Of a stretch of 64,000 bases of DNA, positions 28,829 through 41,100 are shown one piece after another. A program made the translations under genes and the position numbers. Source of the stretch: Klebsormidium nitens (lineage: Eukaryota; Plantae; Klebsormidiophyceae); NCBI GenBank assembly GCA_000708835.1, contig DF237007.1, forward strand, positions 197,291 through 261,290. Direction: 5' to 3'. Under the pieces are notes generated by a model, which saw only the letters and a list, made by a program, of their open reading frames with translations, was not told where the DNA came from and did not search any database. Numbering within the stretch: position 1 is the stretch's first letter; the number at the start of each line of letters is the position of its first letter.

Positions 28829-31800
28829 ATGAATCCGAGCAAGAAGCAGCGATCCGCTGATAAAGCGATAGCGCAGGACTCAGTCTCCATTGATTCCCTT
28901 GCAGCACCACTGACTCTGCTGGGCTTCGCCCTTTTATTGGACAGCATGAAGCTGTACCCGGCGTCCTTTCCGGAACGGCCCCACGTCATCGCATCAGTTA
29001 TAAATAGGGCACTCCCTCCCTCCGAGCAAGTGGGCCATGTGGCAGTGTTCAATATAATCCAGAAGCTCAAGACGCTAGAAGGACCGTCTGCCCTAGACGC
29101 TGCTGCGTGCTTAAAGCGTCCGTGTATACAACAACTCGCAGCAGAGGCAGACAGCCTGCACGTCGCAATTCCCCGCACAAATGTCTGTCTGAGATGCAAC
29201 ACACAGCTGCGCTGGGCTGACAGCCCACAGAGGCCATTCATCTTTCCTGAGTCCGGGAAACCAGCGCGTGGAATCGTGCATGACAAGGTGTGCAAAGACT
29301 GTGGGATTCTGTTCTCTGTGGGCTTCTACACATTACAGGCTTCCGGTGTCCGACGACCATACCCAGCATCAGCCGACCATGAGCGGTGGATCCAAGTGTC
29401 AGGCGAAACGTCGATCAGCAAAGGGCTTATGCGAGCACACGACCAGAACCTGTGAGTTTCCACGGTCCTGCTGCAAGTCTCCTGAGGTTCCTGGGTCCCC
29501 TTTTGCAGTGCACCTCATTATGTAGCTGCAAGACTTGCCTGCACTTGAAACCAGCGCACGTGCGCTGGGCGCATATATGGATTAGAAATTCTGCCTCGTC
29601 CTTCCTCCTTGACACTTGTATTACATCTCAATGTGCTCAAGCCCACAACCCCCTTTCAACAGGTACCACAACCACGTCACGTTCGCCGGCGCAGTCAGGG
29701 CGCACAATGACCTGTGGGGCCTCGATCGTTTCTCAGAGGCTCCTGAAGCTGCACTCGAGACAATGCGTTGGCGCCGTTCTCTGAGGGGCAGCCTGCACAG
29801 GGAGATTTTCGAAAGAACTTACCTCCAGTACTGGGCAATCAGGTTCTGTCAAGACGGTTGCCCTTCCCTGCTAGATGAAATTGATCTTCGCTGGCCCGTT
29901 GACCGCATCCTTAGTCTCCTCAATGACCCGATCTGGTGCCAGCTGAGAGACGAGGCCCTCGCACACAGCAAGCAGTGTAAGGATCCGCTCTGCGGCCAGT
30001 ACGATCATCTAGACGGCAATGCAAAGGTGTTTAGGGACTGCTGTCGGCAGAAGGACGTTGAGCAGTTCACCACTGCCATTGGCAGGGTTGTCAAAGGCTG
30101 TCCTAGCACGCCGGTCAAAGGGAAGAAGCTGTGTCAAGCGCACCTAGCAGCAGTCCACCTAGCTGAGCCAAACAGCGCAGGCGCGTCCGATGCGGCGGAG
30201 GGAGAGGCTGAGAGCACCGGGGCTGAGATAAATCTGATGACCGACAGCGATGACGAGCCTGATGAGCTAGACTTAGAAGAGACGCAGCCAGAGCAGCGCC
30301 AGAAAGAAACTGTCAGTGCTGCACGCGCAGCACCAGCAGGGCAGGCGTGGGACACAGAGACGGCGCCGGTGGCACTCCGCACGCGTGGAAAGCAGCGAGT
30401 CTTGCAGCAAGATGACATCTACGAGGTGGAGCGCATCGAGATGCACCGCATCAAGAACGGGGTGAGCTTTGCTTACTGTAACTGGTTGCATGGACAGGGC
30501 GTTTGTCTTTCCTTCCCATTCTTATCTTCACAAAAAACTGCGTGCCAGCTGAACCAGCGACGCCACCCTGGAGCTTCCTGAGCTGATCTGTGACCTATCC
30601 CAGGACTGTAGAACAATTTGCAGCACGCTGATTCACGGATGTTGTAGCCTGGCATATACTTTGACAAGCAAGCCTGTTTGAGGTATCTCTCTACCGCTGA
30701 CACATGTATCTTTGCGCACAGTGTAGTTCGTCATCAACGCTGACGTGAGATTTTCTTCAGGTACCCATCTACCTCGTCAAATGGAAGGGCTACCCTTCTA
30801 CGGAGAACACTTGGGAAACCGAAGAAAACTTAACTGCGGTTACGAGAGACGTCCTCGATGAATACTTGAATTCGCAGCCCCAAGGTAAGCAACGTCCGCG
30901 AATGTTCCAACGTAATTACGATCATCCAATAGCTGCATTTTGATCAAAACAAGGGACTGACCGACTACTCTTCAAGCTCCTGCTGCGTTGCAGTTGCTGC
31001 GTAAGCGCAACTTACATAGCCTCCGCTCCATAAGCACATTCTTCTTCTCATCGGAAGCACGGCTCCTTGGCTTTGGAAGCCCGTCCTTCGCCTAACCCCT
31101 TTCTCGGAGAGATCCACAGACTTTCCAACTCCAACTGAAATATCCGCCAGTTCAGCACCTGAATTATGCGCAAGACCACCACAGAATCTAATCCAACTGT
31201 GCGCTTACTTCCCTTTTACCCCCCGCACCTCCCGCCTCACATAACTCGACACCGCAGGTGATTTCTACACGAGGGACCGCAAGGACCTGGAACCTGACCC
31301 CGCTCCAGTGGACGACGCCACAGGCAGCGCGCCGACAAAGTCGAAGAAGGCGGTAGCATGCACCCCCCGTACAGCGTCTGACGGGCGCGGGGTTACGGCT
31401 GGTACGGTGGTGGCTTTCTGGGTGTGCGGATACATGTTCCCTCCATTGGAGCTCATCTTGTCAGAATCGACGACAATGGTGAGCAGCTACCTCTCTAGTC
31501 ATCTTTTATATATCCACCTAGGATCTCATATGCACGGGGTTTGGGCAGGTCTTGCAATCATAAACTGTTGACCAACACGACGCGGCTTCAGATGGTCCGC
31601 GAACCACTTGAATGACTTGCCAGGGCCCAATGAAAGGAGTGTGGGGTGGGGGGTGGGGAGGGAAGGTGGCAATGCACTTTCTTGTTGATAGACAGCGAAC
31701 GAAATGGTCCTCTTTTGATCCAGTCCGCAGACAGTTTGTAGCACAAGCGAAAAAGGCAGCACGCAAACAAAACCACGAGTTTATTGCGTCCATATTACTT

Positions 31801-32906
31801 TTGCAGGTGCATCATTACTTCCTACAGCTGTTTGCGTTCGCAAAGATGCCACGCTTTGTCGGGATGGACGACATGTGCCACTGGGCACGTTTCGCAGCCA
31901 GTGGTGACCGACCGACGCTTTGCGCAAAAACAAGGGAGTTCGTCCAGAACGTCACCAAAGTCGGTGAGTGAACCAACAGAAGTTGAACAACGACACTGAT
32001 CTGTGACTTTACGGTTGTCATTCTGCGAGTACACCTAGTTCCAATGTAGCGCGGACCCTAACACGCTGCTGGCACGCCTAGTCTCCGACCAATAACAGCC
32101 AGTGTCTGCGACAGCCATTTCCTGCAGCTCCTGTGGGGGGTTTGTCGCCCTTCTCCAGCTTTCCAACCTCTCTGCTTTTGGTGCCCCTAGCATGGCATGC
32201 AGAACAACGGGCCATACGTTCTCACTGAACCTACCCTCAATCTGTCCCGCAGTCGACAAGTTTCACTTCAAGAAAAACCATGTCGGGAGATAGTATGCTG
32301 AAAACACAAATCCGTACAAGCACGAGGAACCGGAGAACGCAAACATGTCGGTTTGCGAGCAGCCCTTTAAGTGGTTCGGCGGGTTTAAGAAGACGATGAG
32401 GTAAGACACTGGTCTGGACAGCTGCACCAGAAAGCATGCGAGCAGTTTGCTGGGCGCAGATTGTGTGCTATACCATCTCGAAGTATTCTTGCACGAACGC
32501 GAAGGCGACTGGGTAAGGATACATGCGTCAGCACCATGCGTGCACAAGCCATGCGTCAACATCAGCAAGTTTCGTTCATGATTGGCTGTTGCGCAATGTT
32601 GCTTAGACAGAGGCTCGCTCAGGTATTACGACATCCTGGGACTTACGCCTCAAGTGGCGCGATGTCCGAGCTCTCCCTAAAGCAAACTACTTCACGTGGT
32701 GCAGGTACATGAATGAGCACCGTTTCAAGTTTCTTCTTCTAGTTGTGACAAAACTAGACCATATTCGCCGAGATGGACTCCTAGAAGCCAAGATCAGGGC
32801 AATTGAAGCTGCACGCGCCAGGTCCACACCGACGTCAGTCACGGCAGCCCTGCTACGACAGGTGAGACGGATCCTAGTCCATGTCCATCTCCCTGCCGAG
32901 TTCTGA
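28829..32906 (+). mobile_element. KDZ (Kyakuja-Dileera-Zisupton) superfamily transposase gene: CxC5-like, CxC6-like, chromodomain and KDZ core; one in-frame TAG
   Basis: Phase-consistent exons 28829-29451, 29663-30461, 30761-30884, 31258-31478, 31807-31963, 32253-32400 and 32705-32906. Cys clusters CLRC...CKDC and HLDGN..CC..GC..P..KKLC..H. Chromodomain IYEVERI...YLVKWKGYPSTENTWETEENL. Core motifs TAG.V.AFWVCG..ELILSES, GMDDMCH, VDKFH..NH, NMSVCEQ.F.W..GFK, MNE.RF.FLL. TAG at 32291-32293. Confidence 0.8.
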
Positions 32907-33068
32907 CGGGTTTACGACACCTCGCGATCCTGACGGGCCCCCAGGGATCCCCTCCCTGCATACATAGAAACATTCTATTCAGGGAAGGCGAAGGCACGCG
33001 CAGACGTTTGGCAAAGTTGTGACATCAAGAGGAAACTGGAACCACAGCTGCATCAAAAACCAGAGTCT

Positions 33069-34910
33069 CTACACAGGCTTTTGTCTGGTCGGCCTTTTGG
33101 AAACGTACCTTGCTGACTGCCCCGCCGGGCGCTTGTGGTAATACTCGGGAAGAAACTGTTGAATTGTCATGCGCAGTCGCGACAACTTGTTCGTCAGTGC
33201 CACGTACTCTGCCTCAGTATCCGGGCGATTCTTGTGGAAAACGGGATGAGAAATCTTGCACGGGGGCTTCTTCTCTTTGTCGTTCACGTATCCAAAGCAG
33301 TGCTATCCGTCGTTTTCAGCAGAGGATGCGTATGCGAACAACTCGTCGATGTCAGGCACGTTCCCAAATTTGCGCGTCTTCCCTACTTCTGTCCTCCCGA
33401 TCGTTTCTTCACGGAAGTCCAGGAACACTCGTCTCAGTTGCTTGTCCATGACGCCCTGCAACCAGGACGTTCCATCAGGATCTCAAAAGCACGGCTGCTA
33501 CAACAAGAAGCTCCGACATACACAGCGAACTCCGTATGATCTCCGATAAGCCCCATACTGTCTTTCTCTACAATGATATCAAACTCACCAGATAACGCGA
33601 CCCATCGTCGTCGGAAGCCTCCGAGTCTGAGTCGTCAGCGTCATCATCCTTCGTTCCTGGAAGGTCCCATTTCAGTACCTCTGAGCAGACTTTCGTTACC
33701 GCGCTGTCGTTCTCAAAATACACTCGTTGCTTCGTGGTCAGATTGACGTAGTTCCAAGCATAGCGAACGCTGTCTTCACTGACTTCGAGCACTGCGTCGG
33801 GGAAGACCAGGTTCTCCGGGTAAGTCGGGTCAGACACGAGTTCCAGGACGTGGAAAATCGCAGCAGTTTGAAGCGCCTCCCCCTTCGTCTTTGCAATGAG
33901 ACCTGGGACACGGTATCACACATTAGTGATTGCATCCAATGAAATTCAGGGCCACAAACGGAAATGCGTTTCTCCCCTCGCTCAATCTCATGCCATCTTC
34001 AGTCGACCAGTGTAAGCAGCTGTGAAACTTACCCGCCTTGTGGAGCTGGTTCTTGTCGTATAGCTTTCGCAAGACCGCCTGGATGTTGTTGAAGCCTTCT
34101 GCGTAGACTTCTTTTGCACGCCCGCAAAGAATCCATTCTCTTCTGACGACCCCTCCAAACGTGTCGTGCGTCAGCTGCCAGATTCGGAAGAACCACTGCG
34201 TCCGAGAAAAGAGATAGCCATTAACATCAGGGAACGAACGCACAGTAGTGCAGACGAGCGCACACGAGATCGACAAACGTTCAAGCTACAACGTTGCAGA
34301 TCAGCGTTGATCAACAGAATGGCGACATCTAGCATAAAAGGAGCAGACGTGTGTCATACCGTCTGGACTTTCTCGTCGTCCTCGGCCACCAGGTTGAAAT
34401 CCGCGGAGATGTCCAAGTCCTCTGCAAGATTTTGCACTGAATTAGAAAGCTTCCTCTCTGCAGGAAGCTCGGGAGCAGACTGTCGAGACATCAACACTCG
34501 TTCACAACGGGGATTCCTCCTGTCCACCTTCAACCTTCTGTACAGGTGAGTCAGTGTCGCAAATTACAACGCTCACCGAATGCAGGAAACACAGGCTCCG
34601 GAAACACTGTAGTCCACCGGTTTAGGAGACCGTCGTTTGGTGTCTTTGACACCTCCCTCATCAACGGTTCCGGCTGGGTATAACCGGTAATGGGAACGTG
34701 CGTGAAGGGGCAGGATCTTTCTTCCTGGTCGCCAACCAATTCGCGAGTCCATTGGCTGCCTCCTTTCAATTGTAATGCTCGGATCCTGTCGCTGTTGCCT
34801 TTCTTGTAGTTGTACAGCGTCTCAAAGAACTGCTGCCCCTCCTCAAAGAACAGGAAGCCGCTGTGGTCTTTTGCAGCAAACAGGAGCTGGAATAGTCGCT
34901 CAAATGTAAC
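33069..34910 (-). CDS. Spliced DUF3987 (YfjI)-like putative NTPase gene, convergent with the KDZ transposase; one in-frame TAG; 5' exons unresolved (possibly to ~36640)
   Basis: Phase-consistent exons 34910-34577, 34421-34360, 34195-34033, 33902-33589 and 33455-33109. Motifs VTFERL..LL...GFLFFEEG..FF..LYNYK, ITGYTQPE, NDGLLNRW..VFP, AKTKGEALQTAAIFHVLE, EVSEDSVRYAWNYV. TAG at 33305-33303 with the reading frame continuing beyond it. Confidence 0.65.
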
Positions 34911-37282
34911 CTGCACTCAAACAGATAGTTTGTTTTGTGCAGACTGATGGCTGACAGCAGGGGTAGTGACTCAGCAAGATTATGCGATGCAGTGCCGAGG
35001 ACAGCACTCAACTAGGTGCATTCTATTCATCAGCAATCTTCGAGTAGCAGAAGAAGCAATCAGAACTTGTAGATACACCGTAAGTTCAGCCTTGATTGAA
35101 CATTTCTGAGATGAGATCAGCTCTTTCAAGCCTTGCAAAGTGAGACTGGCTGGCTAAATGCTGTCCTGTTATCGTTCCTCCCTCTTGTACACGATCTACA
35201 CTACAGCGACAAATGCAATGATCCTGCATAATAACGGCTTATCAAGCATGTCTTATCGTCGCACAATTCTGCATGCAAATGAAAAACGAGATGCAACCAG
35301 AGCAAACCCCAGGCTAACCAATTGCAGATAAAAGCCTGAGATGCTGGACGATTCAGATACCGTGCTCAAAATCCTATACCATGAACCATCATTCGAGACA
35401 TTCCGAGCCCAAACCGACCAGACGAATAAAGACCAAACGTGCACACGAGTCTTGGAATAGAGGAGCAACATGCACAGGTAATCATTGTGAATGCAATATG
35501 CATCCGGTTATAGCTAGCTGGAAAAGAAATACATCTATACAAGTCATTCGAACTTCGCCTTTATTCAATCCTCCTTATGCAAGATGGATGCACAGGCTTA
35601 CCGCTCCCGGTGACAAACGAACCATATGCAGAATAAACGCACCGGTTCGAGAAACATACGTCCATTGCAAGAGCGACGAACTCGGATTCGACCAGATTAC
35701 GCATACATACGTTTCGACCATTCCAAAATCTGGTACCCTAAACCTTTTGATCATATGTACCGTACTAAGCTCGCATATAGCAAGCAAATGCAGCTTTCAA
35801 ACTTGTGCATTTCCTAGTGAACCAATTGGTTCACTAAGTTGCGGGTTTCAGTCTGCAGTGTTATACCCTGATATTCAATTGTTTTATTAGCTTTATAACG
35901 GTCCAGACGTTGCGAGCGTCAGCTAGGTACAAAACTTCGGGGCCCAAGTCATCATTGAACTAGCGCTGCAGCTGAGCCCTGCCTGCAGATGCGACACTGT
36001 ACTAAGCATCTTCAGCAAGAATGCATGTACAGCCTCAAGTTCACATCAAATGCACGTTCCATCCACTCAAACAGCTAGATTTTGATAACCCCAAGTAACT
36101 CTTCGTCCTCCAAGTCTGCTCGGCGCGCTTGCTAGTGATTGTATCTTGGCTCAAACCCCTACTCACCATTGTCTCGCCTTTCAACGACGACCAGTATTTG
36201 CAGCAACTCAAGTAAACCTTTCTATAACGGCAACTCAAGTCTGCAGATGGTAAAGCAAGCGGGGCGTCCAAGTAACCCGTTCGTGAATTCGCTCAAATCT
36301 ACGCGTTCGCTAACCATAAATAAAAGCAAACTCAACGTGCCGCGGCAGCTAAGCTCGCTTGGGCCCGGTTTACAAACCCTCCAGGAGCCTCCATTGTTCC
36401 ATATCGCCAAAGAAATTCCAGCCAAAGAAAGTGACACTAAGATACATTTCGCTAGAACATCCCTGGCAAGCCCAATTCGCCCATCCACGTGGATCCGAAG
36501 GTGGCGCGCCGTCGTATCTTGCCCGTTTCCTGACAGATCTTGCGCCGCGCTTGTTCGTCGTGCCTGACACGAGCAGAATACCGCGTCAGGAGAGACTTCA
36601 CATCGTTTCCTTTTGGAATCGTTTCTGGGTTCCGATATGACACGCCTTCCGTGCAGTGAGAGAAAATTCAGAATACTTAGAAAACGCCTGTTGCTGCTGG
36701 AAAAACGAGGGCTGCATGTTGAACCTCAAAATTAAGGTTTCCGTTTAAAGGCGGATCGTTGGTTACCTCTCCATGAAAACGACAAGCAAGGACGCCTTGG
36801 CACAAAAAGCGATGACTATTTGAGTGGGTTGCCCCCACAGAAAAGGAGAAAGGAAAACTTTAAATTGACCACTTTGAAAGCAGAACACCGACAACCGGTA
36901 GCAAAGCAGTGAGCAAGTTCCCTGGTACTTCGGTAACTTCAGCCTGTCCTATGAGCGCCCCCATCTTCGGTCCTGTCTTGTTTGCTCAACAAACAACTCC
37001 AGGACGATAATCTTTACTGCGCTGCCCACCAATTGTTGCCTGACTGATGCACGGTTGAGAGCAGATACTTCAACAAACCATCGACCCAGGAGCAACGCGG
37101 AAAGAGTGAGATTCTTGAAGAACAGACTCGAGGAAGCAGGACGACTCGTGTTTTGACACTGCTGTCAAAAGCGCATCAAACCCAGTTTCTGGCGACCCTT
37201 GTCCTGTCAAATAAAAGACCAACAAATTAACGACCGACAGCATTCGCAAGCCAAGCCTCCTCCAAATCACGCCCCAACAAGC

Positions 37283-38131
37283 TCACCTGAACGTGCACGC
37301 AATTGGGTTCAAGCACCCCATCTTCCCACAAAAGAACATGCAGTCCACATTGCGCCCATCCTCCCGCGCTTTCTCGAGTACCTCGTCCCAATACTCCTGC
37401 AGTTCCTGCCACCAGTCCGGAACCCCCCGCGTGTGGAACGGGTTGTAACAGCTGTTCCGTCCCATCTCATCAAAGCACATGCCGCAGTATCCTCCCCCCT
37501 CAGGAGGCGGAAGAACGGTGCCCCGCGCCCCCGCATTACACGCCATGGTCCAAAACACGTCGACTATATTGGTAAGGTGATGCGGCCCCCCCTCGATGAA
37601 CGTGGGTTCCGTCGAGGAAAGCTCCCTTAGCTGATTGGCTAAGGCTAGAGGATCTAGACAGAGGAACTTTTCCACGCGGCCCCGCACGAGCGCCTCCGCA
37701 TTGCGGCTGTCCCACCATGTAACGCCGTATTGGCCCCCCGGAACCAGCTCATCCTTCGGAACCTGCGCCGACGGGCTCGCACCCCCCCTTCGGTCTGGGC
37801 CATCTGCGTACGCATTCACCCCCCTATTCCAGTATGGGGGCAGCGGAGAATCTGGGCTTGGGGGGCTTTGCCCATCGCTCAGCAGAGGGGATTTGAAAAT
37901 CACAGGAGTGGGAGTTATGTAGAAACAGCCGGTTGCTGCAGCTTGCAGCATAGAGGAAGCGAGGGCCTGAATCTCGAGTTGGTCGCGGGCGGCCTCCTCC
38001 CAGTCTGCCGACGGCGATGGCTTGAGGCGCTCTTCTTTTGGGGGGGGGCTGTCACTAAAGAGAATAGTAGAGGGCAGGCTGGCACTCCTGCCGAAGCGTG
38101 AGCGCAACGGGGAGGCCTTCAAAGGGGACAT
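37283..38131 (-). CDS. 282-aa protein of unknown function, copy 2 (intact paralog of 13709-14557)
   Basis: Same length, no indels, about 26 mostly conservative substitutions by manual count. All Cys/His residues and the upstream acceptor are kept. Confidence 0.8.
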   Translation of the reverse strand: MSPLKASPLRSRFGRSASLPSTILFSDSPPPKEERLKPSPSADWEEAARDQLEIQALASSMLQAAATGCFYITPTPVIFKSPLLSDGQSPPSPDSPLPPYWNRGVNAYADGPDRRGGASPSAQVPKDELVPGGQYGVTWWDSRNAEALVRGRVEKFLCLDPLALANQLRELSSTEPTFIEGGPHHLTNIVDVFWTMACNAGARGTVLPPPEGGGYCGMCFDEMGRNSCYNPFHTRGVPDWWQELQEYWDEVLEKAREDGRNVDCMFFCGKMGCLNPIACTFR

Positions 38132-41100
38132 AGCCCTAAGGAGGGGGGGGGGGGGTTACAAGAATCTCAATCTGGAGTTGTAAATCAGGGCTTTTCTAGC
38201 TGATGCTAGCAACTATGCTCAGGACTCGGCCAATGAATTTGAAAGTGTAGGGTAAGGGCGGAGGGCCAGCGCAGCGCATGCAAGCTGTCAGTAGTCTACG
38301 TTTCCCAATCAATGACTACAAGGGTTTACCAAGGAAGTGGCTGTCTCAGAGCCCGTGAACATCTCCGGCGCCCCCAAGGTCTTGCCCCCAACAGACACCC
38401 GAATTCTTGGGGGCACACTGAGGAAACCCGAGCATGCTTTGGTTGAACCAGCAGCACAAGCTTGGTCCTCCCTCTGCAGCAAAGCCTCATCTCTTGCCAA
38501 GCAGAACAGATTGCTAATGGACACCTGTCAACAAGAGTCCAATGCCACAAAGCCGTTCGAAGAGACGGGCCAAGCAGGGCGTCACATCTTGTAAAGAGCT
38601 GACTGGGCCGCGCAATGTGGATGCTGCTTGGCAAACCAGCTATTTGCAGTCCAGGCTCTCGTTGGACGCACAGACCTTTGCTGAAGAAAGAAACCAATAC
38701 AAGCTGAACGCAGGCCCTACCAGAAAGCCGCGCAGCCCCTAAGAGTACACTGTCAGTTACACAACCACACCGCCTCAGCGCACAGCCGGCGCCATTGCTT
38801 CAAAGACAACTTGAATTTGAAGGGGCAAAGGCAGAACAGCACAGGCCCGGTGGTAACTTGCCTAATAGTAATAGCCAACACTTAAATGTTGGGGCGGAAG
38901 TGAGCCGTCTAACCAACTATTCTCCTTCATCGACGGTCCTTAGGAAACACAACAACTTGTCGTGCTTCATCTTCACCGTCCAGCCAGTAATGCTCAGACT
39001 ATCAACGATTGAGAAAGCCTCCTTCTCAAAAGCTAGAGACTTGTCTTCAGCCAATTCGCATTTGTCACTGTGTTGCACTGATGACTTCAACACAAGCAGC
39101 AAATTGGCGCCATCCTGATCCACATGTGGTGGTTTCTGATGCAGTCTTTTCATGCAATTCAGCATGTGGGACTAGGGAGGCCTGCCAGCTTTTCGCATTC
39201 CTTCTTCAAGATGAGCAATGCAAATGTTCTGTAGGTTGCAACAAACATCAAAAGCTGGGAGCCGACATGGCAACCGCTGAGGAAGACGCCTGGTGGGAGG
39301 GCCTGCCAGACCAGATTGAGGACTGGGACGCTCCGCTCCTCCCGCCGATCGCTTCACAAAGCACCGGTCGCCGGAAATCGTCGGGTGAGAAGGCATCGCT
39401 CAAGGCAATCCTCGTGAAAGCGGACCGGCATCAAAGTGGTGTCAGCCCCCCACCGCAAATTGTGGGTGTACATGGTGGGGGTGGGGGAGCAAGTGAGCCT
39501 GTGGCGGGGGGAGGGGAAGAAGAGCTGGGCCACTCGAATCAAGCTTCGCCAGCTGTCCAACGAACAGTTTGAAGTCCTTTGCATGTGGCGCCGGTCGTCT
39601 CAAGTTTGTTAGCAAGCACTGGACCTTCTGGTGCCGACCTCCCACCCGCCCACTCTGTAATTGACAAGCACACTCCTCAGAATAGGGGGCACAATCTGAG
39701 AGAGCAGCAGCCGTACTCAGATGTGGCCCCTCCCATCCCTCCTGTAAACAGTGATGGCGTCGCACTCTCAGAGGAGCAGCGCAGCCGGATCGAGGCGAAT
39801 CGAATTGCTGCGCTGCGGAGGCGAAATGCAGCGACGTGGTACCAGGCAGCACACACGTCCCCAGGGATGCTCATCCCCCCATTTCAGCAGTCAGTTCCTT
39901 GTCAGGTTTACCCCCCTGCCCAGGTGCCCCCACACCTCCAGCCCCCCCTTTCAGAGGTTCCCTTCCCTCAAATGCATCTCCCAGGGTCGACGGCCCTGCC
40001 TTCCCATGCCAATGTGGCCCACTTTGGGGCCCGTCTGGGGGCTTTGGAGGAACGGGCGATGCACGAGAGCGTGCCAGCTGTCAGCCCGGGAAGGAGAGCG
40101 TTGCGTCCGGTCCTTCTCACGTGTCAGCAGCAAATGAGGGATTGCCAGGTGTCGCCAGCTCGTCTGCTGCCGGCTCCTTGCCAAAGTGCTCAGATACCCA
40201 TTGTGACTTGCCCTCGCTACAGGCGTGTCATCGGATCGGGGGAACAGCGAAGGCGGCGGAATATGGGGGGCAAGAGGTGAACATAGAAGAGGTGGACGCG
40301 AGCAAGACTGAGCTGCGCAATGGATTTAAGCCCGAGGTTGGCAGCGAGAAGTTGAGCGACAGTCCCGAGTTCGAGGTGCCAGAAGACTTCTGGGACGATG
40401 TTGATGAGGGTCAGGGGAGGAACTCTGGGGGCGAGGGGCAAACTGCAGCGGATTCTTCTGATGTGAATAGGCCCCTCCGAGTGAATAGTCTCTCTGGTCT
40501 GACTGCGCCCGCCAGTGCCAACATACCCTCTGAGGGGGTCTTCATAAACTCAGCCGCGAGGGGGGGTGCGTCAATCGTTGTGCAGCCTGGGGGGCATTCT
40601 CACCAGGGAGTGTTACCGGCGTTCTGCAACGGCGCCTCTTCACACCAGCCTGACGCAGTTCCTACAGCCCTTCCAGCAACCCCCAGAACCTCTTAACATT
40701 CCCATCGTGCCTCAGGACCCTGGGGTCATTCGAAGACCTCTAGAAGTTTCCCTCGAGCTCCACACGGTCGACCTTTTCAGGGTCTCGGTCCACTATGCGT
40801 TCTGCGAACCTCCCTCTGGGAGTGTATTCGCACCAGATCCGTTTGAGAATCCGGAGCAGAGAACCAGGTCCGTGCTCGAGCGAGCGTGCCCAGGGGTGGT
40901 TCCACAGAAGTGGGTATCTGATGAGACTCTAGACAGCGGGGGTTTTCTCGTTCTACCAATTATCGCTTACGACGCCGTTCTGAGGGCCTTGTCAAAGGTC
41001 CCAGAAGCAAAAGCCGCAGGCATTCCGGAACTACACTGCGGGCGCTGCACGCCAGATGGGGCCCTGCCGAAAACGCTAAAACCGGGTCGAGCAGTGCCAA

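Noticed and set aside
32291-33305. TAG recoding or programmed readthrough in the two element genes
   Set aside because: TAG appears to serve as a normal stop elsewhere in the window (e.g. 16143, 54067) and no readthrough signal was identified. Point mutation is simpler.
35590-36490. Possible 5' exons of the DUF3987-like gene (EPVRLF, FVTGSGK, ILVSLSLAG..GGSW)
   Set aside because: They need frameshifts, and I could not join them with valid splice phases. Not included in the call.
28829-36640. TET/JBP dioxygenase partner or terminal inverted repeats for the KDZ element
   Set aside because: No HxD...H 2OG-Fe(II) pattern was recognised nearby, and no inverted copy of the left array was found on the right.
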